A stretch of 64,000 bases of DNA, from positions 26,040,001-26,104,000 of the forward strand of contig OZ004612.1 in NCBI GenBank assembly GCA_963924565.1, read 5' to 3'. The DNA comes from Ascidiella aspersa. Its lineage: Eukaryota. The translations under genes were made by a program, and so were the position numbers. This document shows, in pieces, positions 11,731 through 25,027 of this stretch. Under the pieces are notes generated by a model. It was not told the origin of the DNA and made no database searches. It saw only the letters and a list, made by a program, of their open reading frames with translations. The stretch's first letter is position 1. Every line of letters begins with the position of its first letter.

Positions 11731-14700
11731 ACCGCGCCATATGATTTCCGCTGTTTTGTTTGACTTTTAGTAACAAATTTATCTAGGGTCCAACAAATAA
11801 AGCTAGGCTTACAAATACAACGAAACAATACGCAACAATTCTTCAAATATGTTTGAAAGCAAATTTTCATGAAAAAAATTATATGTTTGGAAACCAAAAT
11901 TACATGAAAAAATTGTATTTAAATTGGGACACATTTTCTTTTTTTGTACTATTCGTTGAAACATACTATTGCCATGACAAAGAAATCCAGCCATCACTTG
12001 ATCTAGTTTTATACTAATCATAGAATACTAATTGGTTATAGTAATATGATCTGACTTTACCTGCTGCATTTTGGGTGTGTGACGTAACAACCAATACAAT
12101 TTGCCCTGTAAACCTATATTCAAGAAATGCTGTGGTTATCTTTATTTTTTATTTTATTTTTTTGATTCGGAGGTAGGCTGTTGGGTTAAAACATTTTTTT
12201 GCAAAACGAGCATCGAAAAAGAAACGAGTTTTAGTACATCCTATTGCCACGAATCTAATGGTTTCGAATTGACGGAGAACAGTAAATGGCGAAATATTGA
12301 AAACTGGATTTAAGAAAGATTCGGAGTGATTAACAAATGACACATAGAAAAGACAAGTAAGCGTAGCTAGAAACAAAAAAAAAACGAAAAAAAGCCATGA
12401 TTGAGCGCATTAAAAAATCCAATTCCACGATACATACGAAAGAACTAAGTGAATTGTATGTAATATACCGAGGACCAATGATTACCTGCAAGAATTGTGG
12501 TGAAAGTGGTAACGAATAAGCCGGAAGTCCAGAGATGCAAAGTGGGCCAAACCAAGAAACATCTCCGCCGAATATTGCACCAGGCAAGATTACTTAATTA
12601 TATCAAAGCCTTCGCACGCAAAAGCGAGTAACCGTATTTGTTCTAAATAGGTAATCAGGTGGAACTATATAAAGACAAACTGTTATTGGATTGTCGTCAA
12701 GCTTTCGCACAACCGTGCTCCATCAGGTCAAAGTAGAAGTGAAAGCAAATAAAATGCAGAGGTAAAAGCACAAGAGCAAGTAAAAGGCGATAAGAACGAT
12801 TGAAGGTAACAATAATTAAAGACACCCTGCCTGGGGTTGAAGCAATCTGTTGATGACCAAACGAGCAGAAACTATTTTAACAATTAATCTAAATTGTGAA
12901 ATCGAGGGCAAACAGTCCGTTGCCAAATCAGTAGCGCCCCCGTTCAACTAGGGGTAACGGCACCAATACCAGATCTACCTGCCGTTGGTATTTTAGCTCT
13001 TATTTTAGCTTTAATGCGTCGTGGTATTTATACTTTGGGTTTATGTATACTTCCGCTTTATATTTTTACTTTATAGGTCATACTGGTTTTCCCGTCTAAA
13101 AACTCTTTGACTGCTAAATTACAGCGCATGATGTTCGAACAAGATTATAATGTTCGGATTTTTAGTCGTAACACAGTAGACTATAGGTACTCAAAAAGTA
13201 ATATTGTTAAAACAGGCAAATCGTAAATCATTTATGTGTGTCGTTTTTACTTTCAGTTCCACATGCTACACCAGCAGTGTTTCTCAAATTGAGTGCTGTA
13301 ACACCAGTGTATTTTTGTAATATAGAAAACTAACCTTTGCGCATATAAATAGGAATGCAGATGCAAGCATACAAGCCATTAACTAAAATAACTAATAAAA
13401 TATTGCAATTTACGGATTGCCTTAGGCTACTGCTGTCTGGGAAAGAAGCAATTTGTTTGCAGAAAGTGTGCCGATATTTTTTTTTATTTTCGTTGTGCAC
13501 CGCAAGCTAAAAAGTCCACTGTGTGTTGCACATATAGCCTTAATGGTTTAATTGGATGTATTTAGACTTAGAGTATTACTGGTTTGAGATACTTCGTTTT
13601 ATTTATTTTCTTCAGGAAACTGAGGTTAACTTGAAGGTTAAAAATATTATTTAACTTGTATTCCTGATGTCTAAACACCAAAAAATATAATAAACAAATG
13701 TACAGATTGTACTTTTTTTACTGTACAGCCTAATATTTTTATTTTATGACCTCTATTGTGTTTACCGTGCTATATTTTAGTCCCTTGGCATTACAGACTT
13801 TGACACTTAGATATAATTAAGCCTATAGTTTTTTAATTCAATGAATTAGAGAACAATGCGCTAATTATAATCTAACTTGTGAAAAGCGTGTGGTTTCAAT
13901 TCTAGTTCCAATCTAATTTTGACTTGTCTAAAAATGCTACTTTGTCCAAAAGCATTTTTTAGTCTCTCTGTCTTTACAAATAATTTGAATTCAATTGTAA
14001 GTACTGTAATGTTAAATAAGCTAGGATACACATACTTACCATTTACATTCTTTTTAGAATAATTTGTGATTTAAATTAAATTGATTGTAATTAATTAAAC
14101 GTAATTTTAGTTCCAATTCTAGTTAAATTTGTTTTTTTAAGAATTAGCTATTTAATTCTAATTCTAATCTTACTTGGAAAAACTGTAATGCTCTAATTTT
14201 AGTTCTAACCCAATTTAAAAAAAAAAGCTTAAGTAAATCTAGTTGTCCAAGTCTGCTTAGCAAGGGTTGTAATGACTTTTAACTTGTCGTAATGATTAGA
14301 CGAAATCCGGTTTGCCAACATTGACAAAAATCAACCTATATTTAGTTTTATTTTAAATATAGGAACAACATAACAAGATTTTCAACTAAAGTTTCTGTCG
14401 AAGATTTTGTAGAGATTAATTTTACCAATTGGTTAAATTAAAATTAGTCCTTGTTTCGTTTTACGCTGTTCGTTTTATTTAAATAAAACTTTACACTTTA
14501 AGCCCAAGGTTATTTAAAGAACTTACCTTACCGAAACAAATGCCATTGTTTCGTCACAAGTTGTTGCAGACAATGGCTTCAATATACCTGCTGTTTTTGT
14601 GAACATTTGAGATAATTAAGTTTGCATAGGTAGGACGGATTTACAAAAATCAGCAAGTTATACTGGTATTAAAACAAAATTCCGTTCCTCAGCTGAGAGA

Positions 14701-17700
14701 AAGTGTATTTGGTAAGCATGGAAGTAAGCTGAATACTATAGTGGATTTAACAGGCGGAAAGAATCACTAGATCAGTCTTGTCTTGCCCAAAAGAGAAAGG
14801 AAATGCTTAAGGTTAGTGATTTCAATGCTGACCTAGAATCGTACTACAACGCACGTTATTATTTGGGTTAGTGTGCGTGTTAGCGTTTGGGTTGTGGTAA
14901 GTCAAGTATAATTATTGAATATTAAATATAATAATACTAACGAGTAACGCACCCACATAACCAGAACTCTAAGCCAAATATTGTGCGTTGATTTAATAAT
15001 TGTTTCAACGCTGTGGTAGGATTCTAGACCAGCGCCATATGATTTCCGCTGTTTTGTTTGACTTTTAGTAACAAATTTATCTAGGGTCCAACAAATAAAG
15101 CTATAGGCTGACAAATACAACGAAACAATACGCAACAATTCTTCAAATATGTTTGAAAGCAAATTTTCATGAAAAAAATTATATGTTTGGAAACCAAAAT
15201 TACATGAAAAAATTGTATTTAAATTGGGACACATTTTCTTTTTTTGTACTATTCGTTGAAACATACTATTGCCATGACAAAGAAATCCAGCCATCACTTG
15301 ATCTAGTTTTATACTAATCATAGAACACTAATTGGATATTAATATGATCTGACTTTACCTGCTGCATTTTGGGTGTGTGACGTAACAACCAATACAATTT
15401 GCCCTGTAAACCTATATTCAAGAAATGCTGTGGTTATTTTTATTTTTTATTTTATTTTTTTGATTCGGAGGTAGGCTGTTGGGTTAAAACATTTTTTTGC
15501 AAAACGAGCATCGAAAAAGAAACGAGTTTTTTGTACACCCTATTGCCACGAATCTAATGGTTTCGAATTGGCGAAGAACAGTTTGGCGAAATATTGAAAA
15601 CAGGATTTAAGAAAGATTCGGAGTGATTAACAAATGACACATAGAAAAGACAAGTAAGCGTGGCTAGAAACAAAAAAAAAACGAAAAAAAAGCCATGATT
15701 GAGCGCATTAAAAAATCCAATTCCACGATACATACGAAAGAACTAAGTGAATTGTATGTAATATACCGAGGACCAATGATTACCTGCAAGAATTGTGGTG
15801 AAAGTGGTAACGAATAAGCCGGAAGTCCAGAGATGCAAAGTGGGCCAAACCAAGAAACATCTCCGCCGAATATTGCACCAGGCAAAATTACTTAATTATA
15901 TCAAAGCCTTCGCACGCAAAAGCGAGTAACCGTATTTGTTCTAAATAGGTAATCAGGTGGAACTATATAAAGACAAACTGTTATTGGATTGTCGTCAAGC
16001 TTTCGCACAACCGTGCTCCATCAGGTCAAAGTAGAAGTGAAAGCAAATAAAATGCAGAGGTAAAAGCACAAGAGCAAGTAAAAGGCGATAAGAACGATTG
16101 AAGGTAACAATAATTAAAGACACCCTGCCTGGGGTTGAAGCAATCTGTTGATGACCAAACGAGCAGAATCACTGGGTTTGCAATTAAAAGTATCCCTGAA
16201 AGCGACTCCGCGTCAGTTCAACCTTCTCTCCCTGACAGTCAAGAGGCTCAATTAAGTGAGGTAACCTTCTTGCTAGAGTGTCCAAATCGTCACACTGAGA
16301 GTCGTTTGAGTCCTCAATGCCGTCACTGCTGCAAATGCAAACCTAAATAGAAGTTTGCCAAATCATTATATGATGACACAACCCTGTTTTTGGTACCTTT
16401 AAGAAAAGGATGGCTAGCTGTATCAAGTACCAGGACAAAATGAGACCTATGCTCTGCTAAGTGGTGATACGCCGGCGTTTCAAATGGACGGCAATATGAT
16501 GAAATGTATCCAATACAAAAGGTACGCAATAAAGTATATGTCTATTGGTGTAAATCCCTTTTCCAAGGTAAGCATGACAAAAAGGAATATTCTAATAATT
16601 AGTATAAGTATAAGCAGGTGCATTGCAGCTGCAGAATATGCTGAATGAAGAACCTAATCAATCTAAACCTAAATGGCGTAATAGAACGGGATAGGCTACA
16701 GAGGCGACGACAGTAGAAAGCAGCAGCAGTTAGGGGAAGATTGTAAAATACTTTTGGCTAGTTCAATCTTTTGCGATGATTACACAATGGGGTTTTGGGG
16801 TTTTCGACTAAGTCCAACTTTGAAACGTTTCTTTGCCAAATTAGAAACAATTCGTGGCACTAAAGGGTAGTGGTCTCCAACCTTTTTAATAAGCGACCTC
16901 AATTTGAACAAAATAAAATGAGAATTTACGCAGCGATATTGTATAGTTTTCAGATATGAGTGAAAATATTTTAAATGATGCTGAAACTACGTAACACTAG
17001 CGAATGTGCGTAAAAGATACACAATTCCTGAGAACTGTGGCTACACATTTGCAACAAAAATATTGCCTTTAGGAAGTTTTAGCTAACATATGAAACTGAA
17101 TTTAACACACGAGTAATTTGTTCCAACAATATATCACATTCAGTGTGATGGTTGTGCGACTTGTGCCTATATAATTTCCACTAGTTTTTGCAAACGCGGC
17201 TCCACTTTGCATAAGCATAACTGTCACATTACTTCCAAACGATTACGATGTTTCGTTTTTAATATGCTTATTGCGCTGATGTCCGCTTCACAAAGCTATG
17301 TGTTTGAAAATGGAATGAGTAGCTTAATAATATAATTACCTATAGTGGGCTAAGTTGATTGCATGGAATTCCAAAAGTAAATATGTGTTAAAACCTTTGA
17401 GTAATTTATTTTACGAGTTATACGCAATGAGTTTTGCTGCATCTGCTATCATAATTAGGAATATAAGGCCTAACTCTTATATATGCAATCACGTTGCCTA
17501 AGGTTAATAACAAAATTAGACTTTTTGAAAAATCAGCCCTAACTCATTAAAAGAATGACGCAAGCGCTAAGTCAAATAAAACAATCAATTTATGTAATAA
17601 TGCAAAATGCTATGATTGCCTTTCAGCAGTTAGTAAAATTTTGGTAATTTTTTCCAAATTAATGCAATTTATACGATCGTTATAATGTATTTTATGAATT

Positions 17701-17845
17701 GTTTCATAACAGTTTATAAATGTATACTTTTAAATAATGGTCATTTAAGTTTTTTTCAACCGAACCACAAACGTCTTGTGGCATTCATAAAAGGTTAAAA
17801 ACGGGCAGTGTTGGAACACGCAGATATCCGAATATAAAGGATAAC

Positions 17846-18158
17846 TGGTGTCCCTTTGTGTGATGTCATGTTCTGCCTTCATTGCAACGGCAATAAGTTC
17901 GCCGGTTGTTTTGTTGAAAGTTCCCAAACACGAGTGGCCCGTTAAGCTTGCTTTGGCTGCCTTAAGGTCTTTGTCGCCGATTTCTTCCTCCGAAAGATCG
18001 AATACTTGACTTATGGGATGTTGATTACTGTAATCGCTCGTAATAAGATTTTTCATTTGGGGCCAATCCGTTTCTTTCAAAGGTCTTAAAATCATACCAG
18101 GTAGAATTTCTACTTCATCAGAGTCAAAAAGAGTTTTGCTTAGATTTGGTTGTGTCAT
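17846..18158 (-). pseudogene. 3'-truncated GNAT paralog (inverted copy of 21474 gene)
   Basis: MTQPNLSKTLFDSDEVEILPGM... closely matches the 21474 gene up to RDT, then unrelated; lacks acetyl-CoA motif A and C-terminus. Confidence 0.9.
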
Positions 18159-19536
18159 TGTTTTACAACGTTGCTTAATTGAACTGAAAAGTGTGACGCC
18201 TGCAAAGTAGTAATATGGCAAAGGGTGTTGTTTTTGTTATACTGATAAAAATAAACCTTTTTAGATTCAATGTTGATTCTTTCAACCGGAAGCTAATGTT
18301 ATTCGACAATCTGCCCTAACACGAATGCTACAAGTTATCCGTAAAGTATTGCGTTATCAAAACAGTTAAGCAGCAAATCATATAAAACGGTACGAACTTG
18401 GGCAGTGATTCTGAAGCTGTTTGCCTCGAAATATTGTTAAGTGTGCTGCGAAAACTTTTGCAATTTTAGAAAATCATTAATTTGTATTATAAATAGTCCA
18501 GGCATACACGCAGGCATTTTAGACTCGAATAAGCAATATCCATTTAAAGTTAATATTTTAATACATCTTCTTATATTTTGTCGTATGGTGAGGGTTATTG
18601 CAAGTTTCTTTATTGTTAATATTCTGTTAAACGTGTGACGCAAAATGTTTAAGATTTTTGTGCCGGTAACTGATAACGTTTGGCAACCACTGGATTATAG
18701 AGTCTAACCTGGTTGCATTTATATTGTTGTATCGTAATCAGACCTATGGGCAAACTACAGCCCGCGGGTCCAACCCGCCAAGCAATTTATTCTGGCCCGC
18801 GTCCCAGTTTTCATATATTTGTGCAAATATAGACCATATTATATAATAATCTTGACTTTATAATATTTGATTGAAAAACTATACTTGTAAGGCAAACTTT
18901 GTTTTCGCTACTTTTATCAGTTCGGCAAAACAATCATATTCACTTCTCTTTTAAAAATATTAATGCCTTACAATTATTTTATTTTGAATCTCCTTTTGAC
19001 CCGGCCTTCCTAAACATGTCCTGTTTTACATGCGGCCCTATTTAAATTTAATTGCTAACCCCTGATTTAAGTTAAAAATGCGATACAAATTATATTATAA
19101 AATACTGCAACACTTGCAATAACCGGTTTAGGTGTTCTTGTGTTTTACTGGTAACAATTGTCGCTTAACGTCTGAGCTAACAGCACGCCTTAAAATAAGT
19201 ACAACAACCGTTCGGCTTCGGGTGCATTTGCACGTATTTAATGCATGTTTGGTCGCATTCAAGTGTATTTGGAGCACGCTTGTCGCTTGTGTATTGTGTC
19301 TAGTCACAACTTTGCCAATGCACGTTCTGATTATAATGGGGGGGAAAATCCTTCTTTCCTTTTGCTCGTTTCGCCAAATCATGCTGTCAAATTTTGCCCG
19401 TTTTGGTCACGTTTTGTGCACGTAAATAGTTAAGAAATAACTCAAATCAACCGACTTTCGTACGCGTCTTCGCTTATAGTCTTTCAAAGAAGGTAATGTT
19501 GTTACTACCACTTGGTAATTTACGTATTTGTTAGAT

Positions 19537-19833
19537 CAGTGGTTCTTAAACTTTTATGGCTTATGGCACCCTTTAAAAATCATAAATAGGTGTTCGGCCC
19601 CCCGACTGGAGTTTCCGTTGAGTATTTTACTGAAATGCCACTATAAATGTAACTGAAACATAACAATCAACTTTAAACATGTAGGAAATGGCATTTGATT
19701 TAATGGTCTAGAATCGTACACAATTAGTTGTAGGTATCAAGAAGCTTACCAATGGAGCAAAAATCAGATTGCTAAAAAATCTCAAATACTTATCGCCACC
19801 CTTGCGCATTAAAAATGGCACCGAGAATCACTG
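19537..19833. mobile_element. hAT MITE
   Basis: CAGTGGTTCTT...GAGAATCACTG; TSD tgttagat/tgttagaa. Confidence 0.75.
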
Positions 19834-21130
19834 TGTTAGAACAACGAAACTACTTCCCACACAATTTTGGAAACTTGAAATAATTTTGTGGTGGCATATG
19901 AATTATTGAGTGTGATATAACTAGAGTGTGAAAATTTGATATAAGTGGAAGTGCTACCGTTTGCCCCCCAAAACGACTTTGCGTTTAGTTGCTTTTTAGA
20001 ACGTTAACTCTTTTCTTAATGTTATTCACTTCTCGATTTAAATAATATAACTTCAGAAATTGTGGCTCAGACAACAACAAATAAGGATTAGCCTATTCGG
20101 CTTATTCCCAACACTGTATTTTAATCTCAAAATATGTCTTTTAGCCTTAATCTTAAAATTCCAAGAACCGAATTATCTTCAAACTAATGGACTGTATAGC
20201 ACATTGCCCTTTAAAGTACCAAATCTATTCTAAAACCTGTTGTCGTTTAGTAGCACGTTTTATCTGTTCATATGTTGAGATATATATCTGTTAAAATATG
20301 AGAGTTCGTTGTGTTAATTTTTTAATATTTATCAGTTTATACTATGAGCGTAACAAACCAGTCGTCATATTGCCTGTATGACCACCAAGGTTGTGGCTAA
20401 GCATTTTAAAATGAGGATTCTTGCCACAAGAGGGCTTTGTCCGCGTAGTGTTTTCTGTCGATGAACGTTTTTATCCCACATCCCGTTTCGGATCCCACAT
20501 GAACGTTTTGGATCTCATAAATAACGCAAGCGATTTTCGCGTATTAATTTTCATACAGACATGCTTGCAGCAAATGGTAAGTCAAAGTCATTTTGTATAA
20601 AAAAAAACATGGGATTTCATAAAAATCAGAGGAATCTATGAAATTTAAATAGTAGGCGGAAAACATCTAGTTTTAATTTAAGCTTTTGTTCCAAAATTAC
20701 ATAGGAAATAGTTCGTTCCATCATCTTCAGTTACTGACTGCAAAGGTCCTACGACTATATGGGTATTTTACCAAGTAGTAACAACTCCTTCGAAAAAGTA
20801 TAAGCGAATACTTGTATGAAAGTCGGTTTGCGTTATTTATTTAAATATTAACGTGCCGACAAAACGTGAGCATTGCAAAAAGCAAATTTAGCAGCATGAT
20901 ATGGCGAAAGAGAAAATGTAAAAACAGGATTTGTTTCTCCTAATAGCTATAACATGCATTTGCAAAATTGATACGTGATATAGTGCGCAAGCGTTCTCCG
21001 AATCCACTTGAATGCGATAAGATGTGCATTAAATACCGTCGCATGTATACGAAGCCGAACAGTTGAGGTGTACAGTTAGCTCAGACGTTTAGTGACAATA
21101 AGAATGAAAAACAGCTTCTCTTGTAATTGT

Positions 21131-21186
21131 AATTCTTAACCAACGTTTCGACAACCTATATGCAAGACGCCTTCGTCAGGGTGAAT
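21131..21186 (-). ncRNA. Minimal type I hammerhead-like motif (Penelope-type)
   Basis: Minus strand acc-CTGACGA-a-GGC...GTC-GAAA-CG-TT-ggt with AACGTT palindrome in stem III; short stem I. Confidence 0.4.
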
Positions 21187-21473
21187 GACGGTTTTGATTT
21201 ATTTTACTATGCCTGGAAGCAACAGTTTATTTATTGTTTAGTGAGACAGTTTGACAGTAAAAAACAACCAAAAACTAATCTGGTTATTGTATGTGTTTCA
21301 GTATTTCATAGTATAGTTTGTATCACATTTCTACCTTAAATCTTTAGAAGACCACAAAGAACCAACATTGCAACTAATAAGGTTTATTTTTATCAGTATA
21401 ACAACAACCATTGACGTTTTACTATTTTGCAGGCGTCACACTTTTCAGTTCAAGTAAGCAACATCGTAAAACA

Positions 21474-22166
21474 ATGACACAACCAAATCTAAGCAAAACT
21501 CTTTTTGACTCTGACGAAGTAGAAATTCTACCTGGTATGATTTTCAGAGTTTTAAACGAAACGGATTGGCCCCAAATGAAAAGCCTTATTACAAGCGATT
21601 ACAGTAATCAACATCCCATAAGTCAAGTATTCAATCTTTCGGAGGACGAAATCGGCGACAAGGACCTTAAAGCAGCCAAAACAAGGTTGATGAGCGACGC
21701 GTGTTTAGGAACTTTCAACAAAATAACCGGCGAACTTATTGCCGTTGCAATGAAGGAAGAACATAGCATCACAAAAAGGGACACCATATATACGGCTAGA
21801 CAGCGAAAGGCTTCGGTAATGCGATTTTGGAAATCCTTGCTAGGCGATGTGTTTGCCGATTTAAACACCAGTCGTTATACATTTCTGTCAATGGCTTGCG
21901 TGAAAGCGGAGTATCGTTCTAGAGGTATTATCACAGCTATGCTTGACTTCGAAATGCACCAAGCCCGAAATAAAGGCTGCGAATATTTCGTGGCCGTGGC
22001 CACTTCTGTTTTTACACAGAAAGCTTTGAAACGTTTGGGTTTTAAAGTTTTGAGGGAAGTGAAATACGCGGAATACGTGGACCCCGACACTGGATTGAAG
22101 CCAGATCTAAAACTATCTCCTATCCACACTTCTTGCCAGCTGATGTACATACCTATTCAGCTATAA
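21474..22166 (+). CDS. Insect-type arylalkylamine/dopamine N-acetyltransferase-like GNAT
   Basis: VKAEYRSRGI (motif A), ATSVFTQKALKRLGFKVLREVKYAEYVD, SPIHTSCQLM resemble the Drosophila Dat/AANAT1 family; first ATG shared with paralogs; single coding exon. Confidence 0.9.
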   Translation: MTQPNLSKTLFDSDEVEILPGMIFRVLNETDWPQMKSLITSDYSNQHPISQVFNLSEDEIGDKDLKAAKTRLMSDACLGTFNKITGELIAVAMKEEHSITKRDTIYTARQRKASVMRFWKSLLGDVFADLNTSRYTFLSMACVKAEYRSRGIITAMLDFEMHQARNKGCEYFVAVATSVFTQKALKRLGFKVLREVKYAEYVDPDTGLKPDLKLSPIHTSCQLMYIPIQL

Positions 22167-24313
22167 TGAGAAACAATAAAAATGTATATGCTAGTCTAGT
22201 GCATTGTTTACAGGGGAGGCAGGTGAGACACTGTTATATCAGTTATATCTCTACCGTAAATTTTACGTTTCTATACCTAAAGCGTGCTTTCTTTTTTCTT
22301 CTATTTCGGTTGCGTTATTTATATCAAGCGTTCACGCGGTGGAAATCATTGAATTACGTGAAGAGAGGCAGCGCCAAGCCGTGCCCCTCTTCAGATCACA
22401 AAAGTGCCATACACTGCATTATGCGTGCCCTTTTCTTTCGCTATTCTCTCGGAAAACATGATGAACGATTTAGCTATGGTTTGAGGCATGTCTCAATTGT
22501 GACCTTCCAACTATGAAACCTTTCTTCGTCTAGCTTGAATGCCCGCATAGTAGGTGTACATTGACTTCTTGTAGTGTTAAGCTCTAAAGTTGAAGTCAAA
22601 AATAAAGGCAGCCCTGTTGCAAATTTGATACTTATGCATAAGATGACTTGACAAAAAAAAATAAATAAACAGGCAACTGTCAAAGAGATTGGTAAAAAGG
22701 AGTATTGCCACACCTATAATTGTCATGCACTGTTACGTCATAAACGATGGAGTCATTATTACGTTTGGTATATTAATGTATTTTGACTACTTTTTAGTTG
22801 TTTTGTTTTGATCGCTGAATGATTTTTGAGTTTTTTTTTTTATTATTACTATGCCGTTTTTGTGGTTGTTAAAGAAAACGTGACTCGAAAAGAATTGTGC
22901 CTCACCGTCTAAGAACCTCACCGCACGTCACTGTTGTTTTCTCTTAAAAAAGGTTGACAAAATAATAGTGCATTCATTTTACTGTTTACAGTATATTCAT
23001 ATATGCCTGTTCCAACACTGAGAGTTGTTAATATTCTCTTCATACCGCAAGACATTTGTGGCGATGTCAAAAAAACGTCGATGTTAATAACCCTTTTTTG
23101 AAAGTAAAACTCGATGAACTTTTTTTATCAAACAATTTATAAACTACACTAAAACGACCGTATGATTTCACTTAAATGATAAAAAAAACGTTTTTACTAA
23201 AATTCTACTAACTGCTGGAAGGCAGTAATAATAGCATTTTGTATTATATTTTAATTGGCTTTTGCAAAGTTACCGATTTTTCTGTTTGGTTCCACATTGA
23301 CTTTTATCCTAAACATTTGACTTCGTAAACGAATGTTAGTCGTAAATTTCGCTTGGCATATGATGCGTTAGATGTTATTTTGAGTTATTGCTTATAATCA
23401 GTCGAGTTGGTTAGTTTTAATAGTTAAACGTTGTAAAAATGACTTGTTTACAACACTGTTAAGAATACCAAAAACGGTTTGGTTTTCGTGGAAACCTATA
23501 TACTTAATCATATTTCTATTTTTCATCTCACGCAATGCTGCCATAATTGCACGTTCGATCAGTCAGTATATGCGTTAAGGTCTCGGAAAATGTATATCGT
23601 ATGTTGAGCAATGTTTGTCTGTTCACTTTACGCCACACTGAGCCCCGTTAATATCGCAAGAGCTTGTGTCAAGTGTAAATTACAACTAAAACGAAAAATT
23701 AATTTCTTTTTTTTTAAATGTAAATTTTGCCTTCGTAAATGTAAATTTTCCAGCTTACCAGCTACTTGACAAACAATAATTGTAGCAATCACATTGATTA
23801 TAATATGTTTTTGGTAAACTAAGGCAGTTAAAAACCTTTCTAGTCGGCCTATTTTAACTTCACAGTGGCTGGAGTGCTGTACCAATAGAAAACAGACACC
23901 GTTTTTCAAGTACGAGCTGCATGTTACATTTATAAAAACCTGTAATTCACTCGTTTTATTTGAACTTTCAAAATAAAACAGTTAAAAAATAAGTATAATC
24001 TTGCGAGGAAATGTATGACCATTTATTTTTTGTCGTTTTTAGTAAAGTTCGAATGAATATGTCTTTTGCAATTGTGAAATATATAATTGCAACAAACAGT
24101 AAAAGGCGGCGAATTATAGAATGGACGCTTTGCAAACATGGTAATGAATATTCCTGTAAAAATAAACCAATATATAAGTTAGCGTTAACCAATCAACACA
24201 CGTTAATTATTTAATACAAAGTTACCAGGTGAAACGATTCTTTACATTTTTAAATAATGTGTGTTATAATTTTGCAATAATATAGGATGTACCACTACCC
24301 TATACTACGAAAT

Positions 24314-25027
24314 TTAAAAATCAAATTTAAAAGAGCTTGTTTTATTAGGCTTTTTTGGTTGGACTTGTTTGTACACCAATTGACATGAAGTGTGAATTGG
24401 TGAAAGTTTTAAATCTGGTTTCAATCCAGTTTCGGGGTCGACGTAGTCGGCATATTTCACCTCCCTAAGCACTTTAAAACCCAAGCGTTTCAAAGCTCTT
24501 TGCGTAAAAACCGAACTGGGTATCGCAACCATATATTCACCGCCTTGCCTTTGACGCATATCGTAGTCAAGCATAGCGGTTATTATACCTCTTGTACGAT
24601 ACTCCGCTTTTACGCAGGCCATTGAGAGAAAAGTGTAGCGACTTGTGTTCAAATCGGCGAACGCATCACCTAACACGAAACTCAGAAATCGCGTCACTGC
24701 AGGACTTAGGCCTCTGCTAGCCGGGTTAACTCCTTTCTCGCTTACGTCATGTATTTTCTTTCTGGCAAAAGCGACAAGTTGTCCGGTCTGTTTGTCAAAA
24801 AACCCAAAACAACCGTTGCACATCAGCGTCTGTTTTGCTGCTTGAAGGTCTTTGTCTTTGATGTCTTCTTCCGAGAGATTGAAGGTTTGGCTTATTGGAT
24901 GTTGGAAACTGTAATTGCTCGCGATGAGGTCAGACATTTGGGGCCAATCGGTTTCGTTCAACATTCGAAATATCAGGCCAGGTAGGATTTCCACTCCTAC
25001 AATTCCTCCCAAACTTGGTTGTGTCAT
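24314..25027 (-). CDS. AANAT-like GNAT paralog
   Basis: Intact ORF with the same motifs; 2-residue deletion near RQRQGGEY. Confidence 0.9.
   Translation of the reverse strand: MTQPSLGGIVGVEILPGLIFRMLNETDWPQMSDLIASNYSFQHPISQTFNLSEEDIKDKDLQAAKQTLMCNGCFGFFDKQTGQLVAFARKKIHDVSEKGVNPASRGLSPAVTRFLSFVLGDAFADLNTSRYTFLSMACVKAEYRTRGIITAMLDYDMRQRQGGEYMVAIPSSVFTQRALKRLGFKVLREVKYADYVDPETGLKPDLKLSPIHTSCQLVYKQVQPKKPNKTSSFKFDF

Larger units (their letters stand above)
9405..16168. repeat. Direct tandem duplication: 9405-12870 and 12872-16168
   Basis: Near-identical sequence throughout; duplicated ORF-track entries; copy-specific indels at 11400-11643 and ~12896-12989. Confidence 0.95.

Noticed and set aside
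10480-12070. Minus-strand GTAAG donors or U1-like ATACTTACC
   Set aside because: No phase-consistent exon chain; the U1 match is only the complement of a donor consensus
15680-16700. Possible decayed retroelement coding region
   Set aside because: Composition is suggestive but I could not recognise any RT or endonuclease motif
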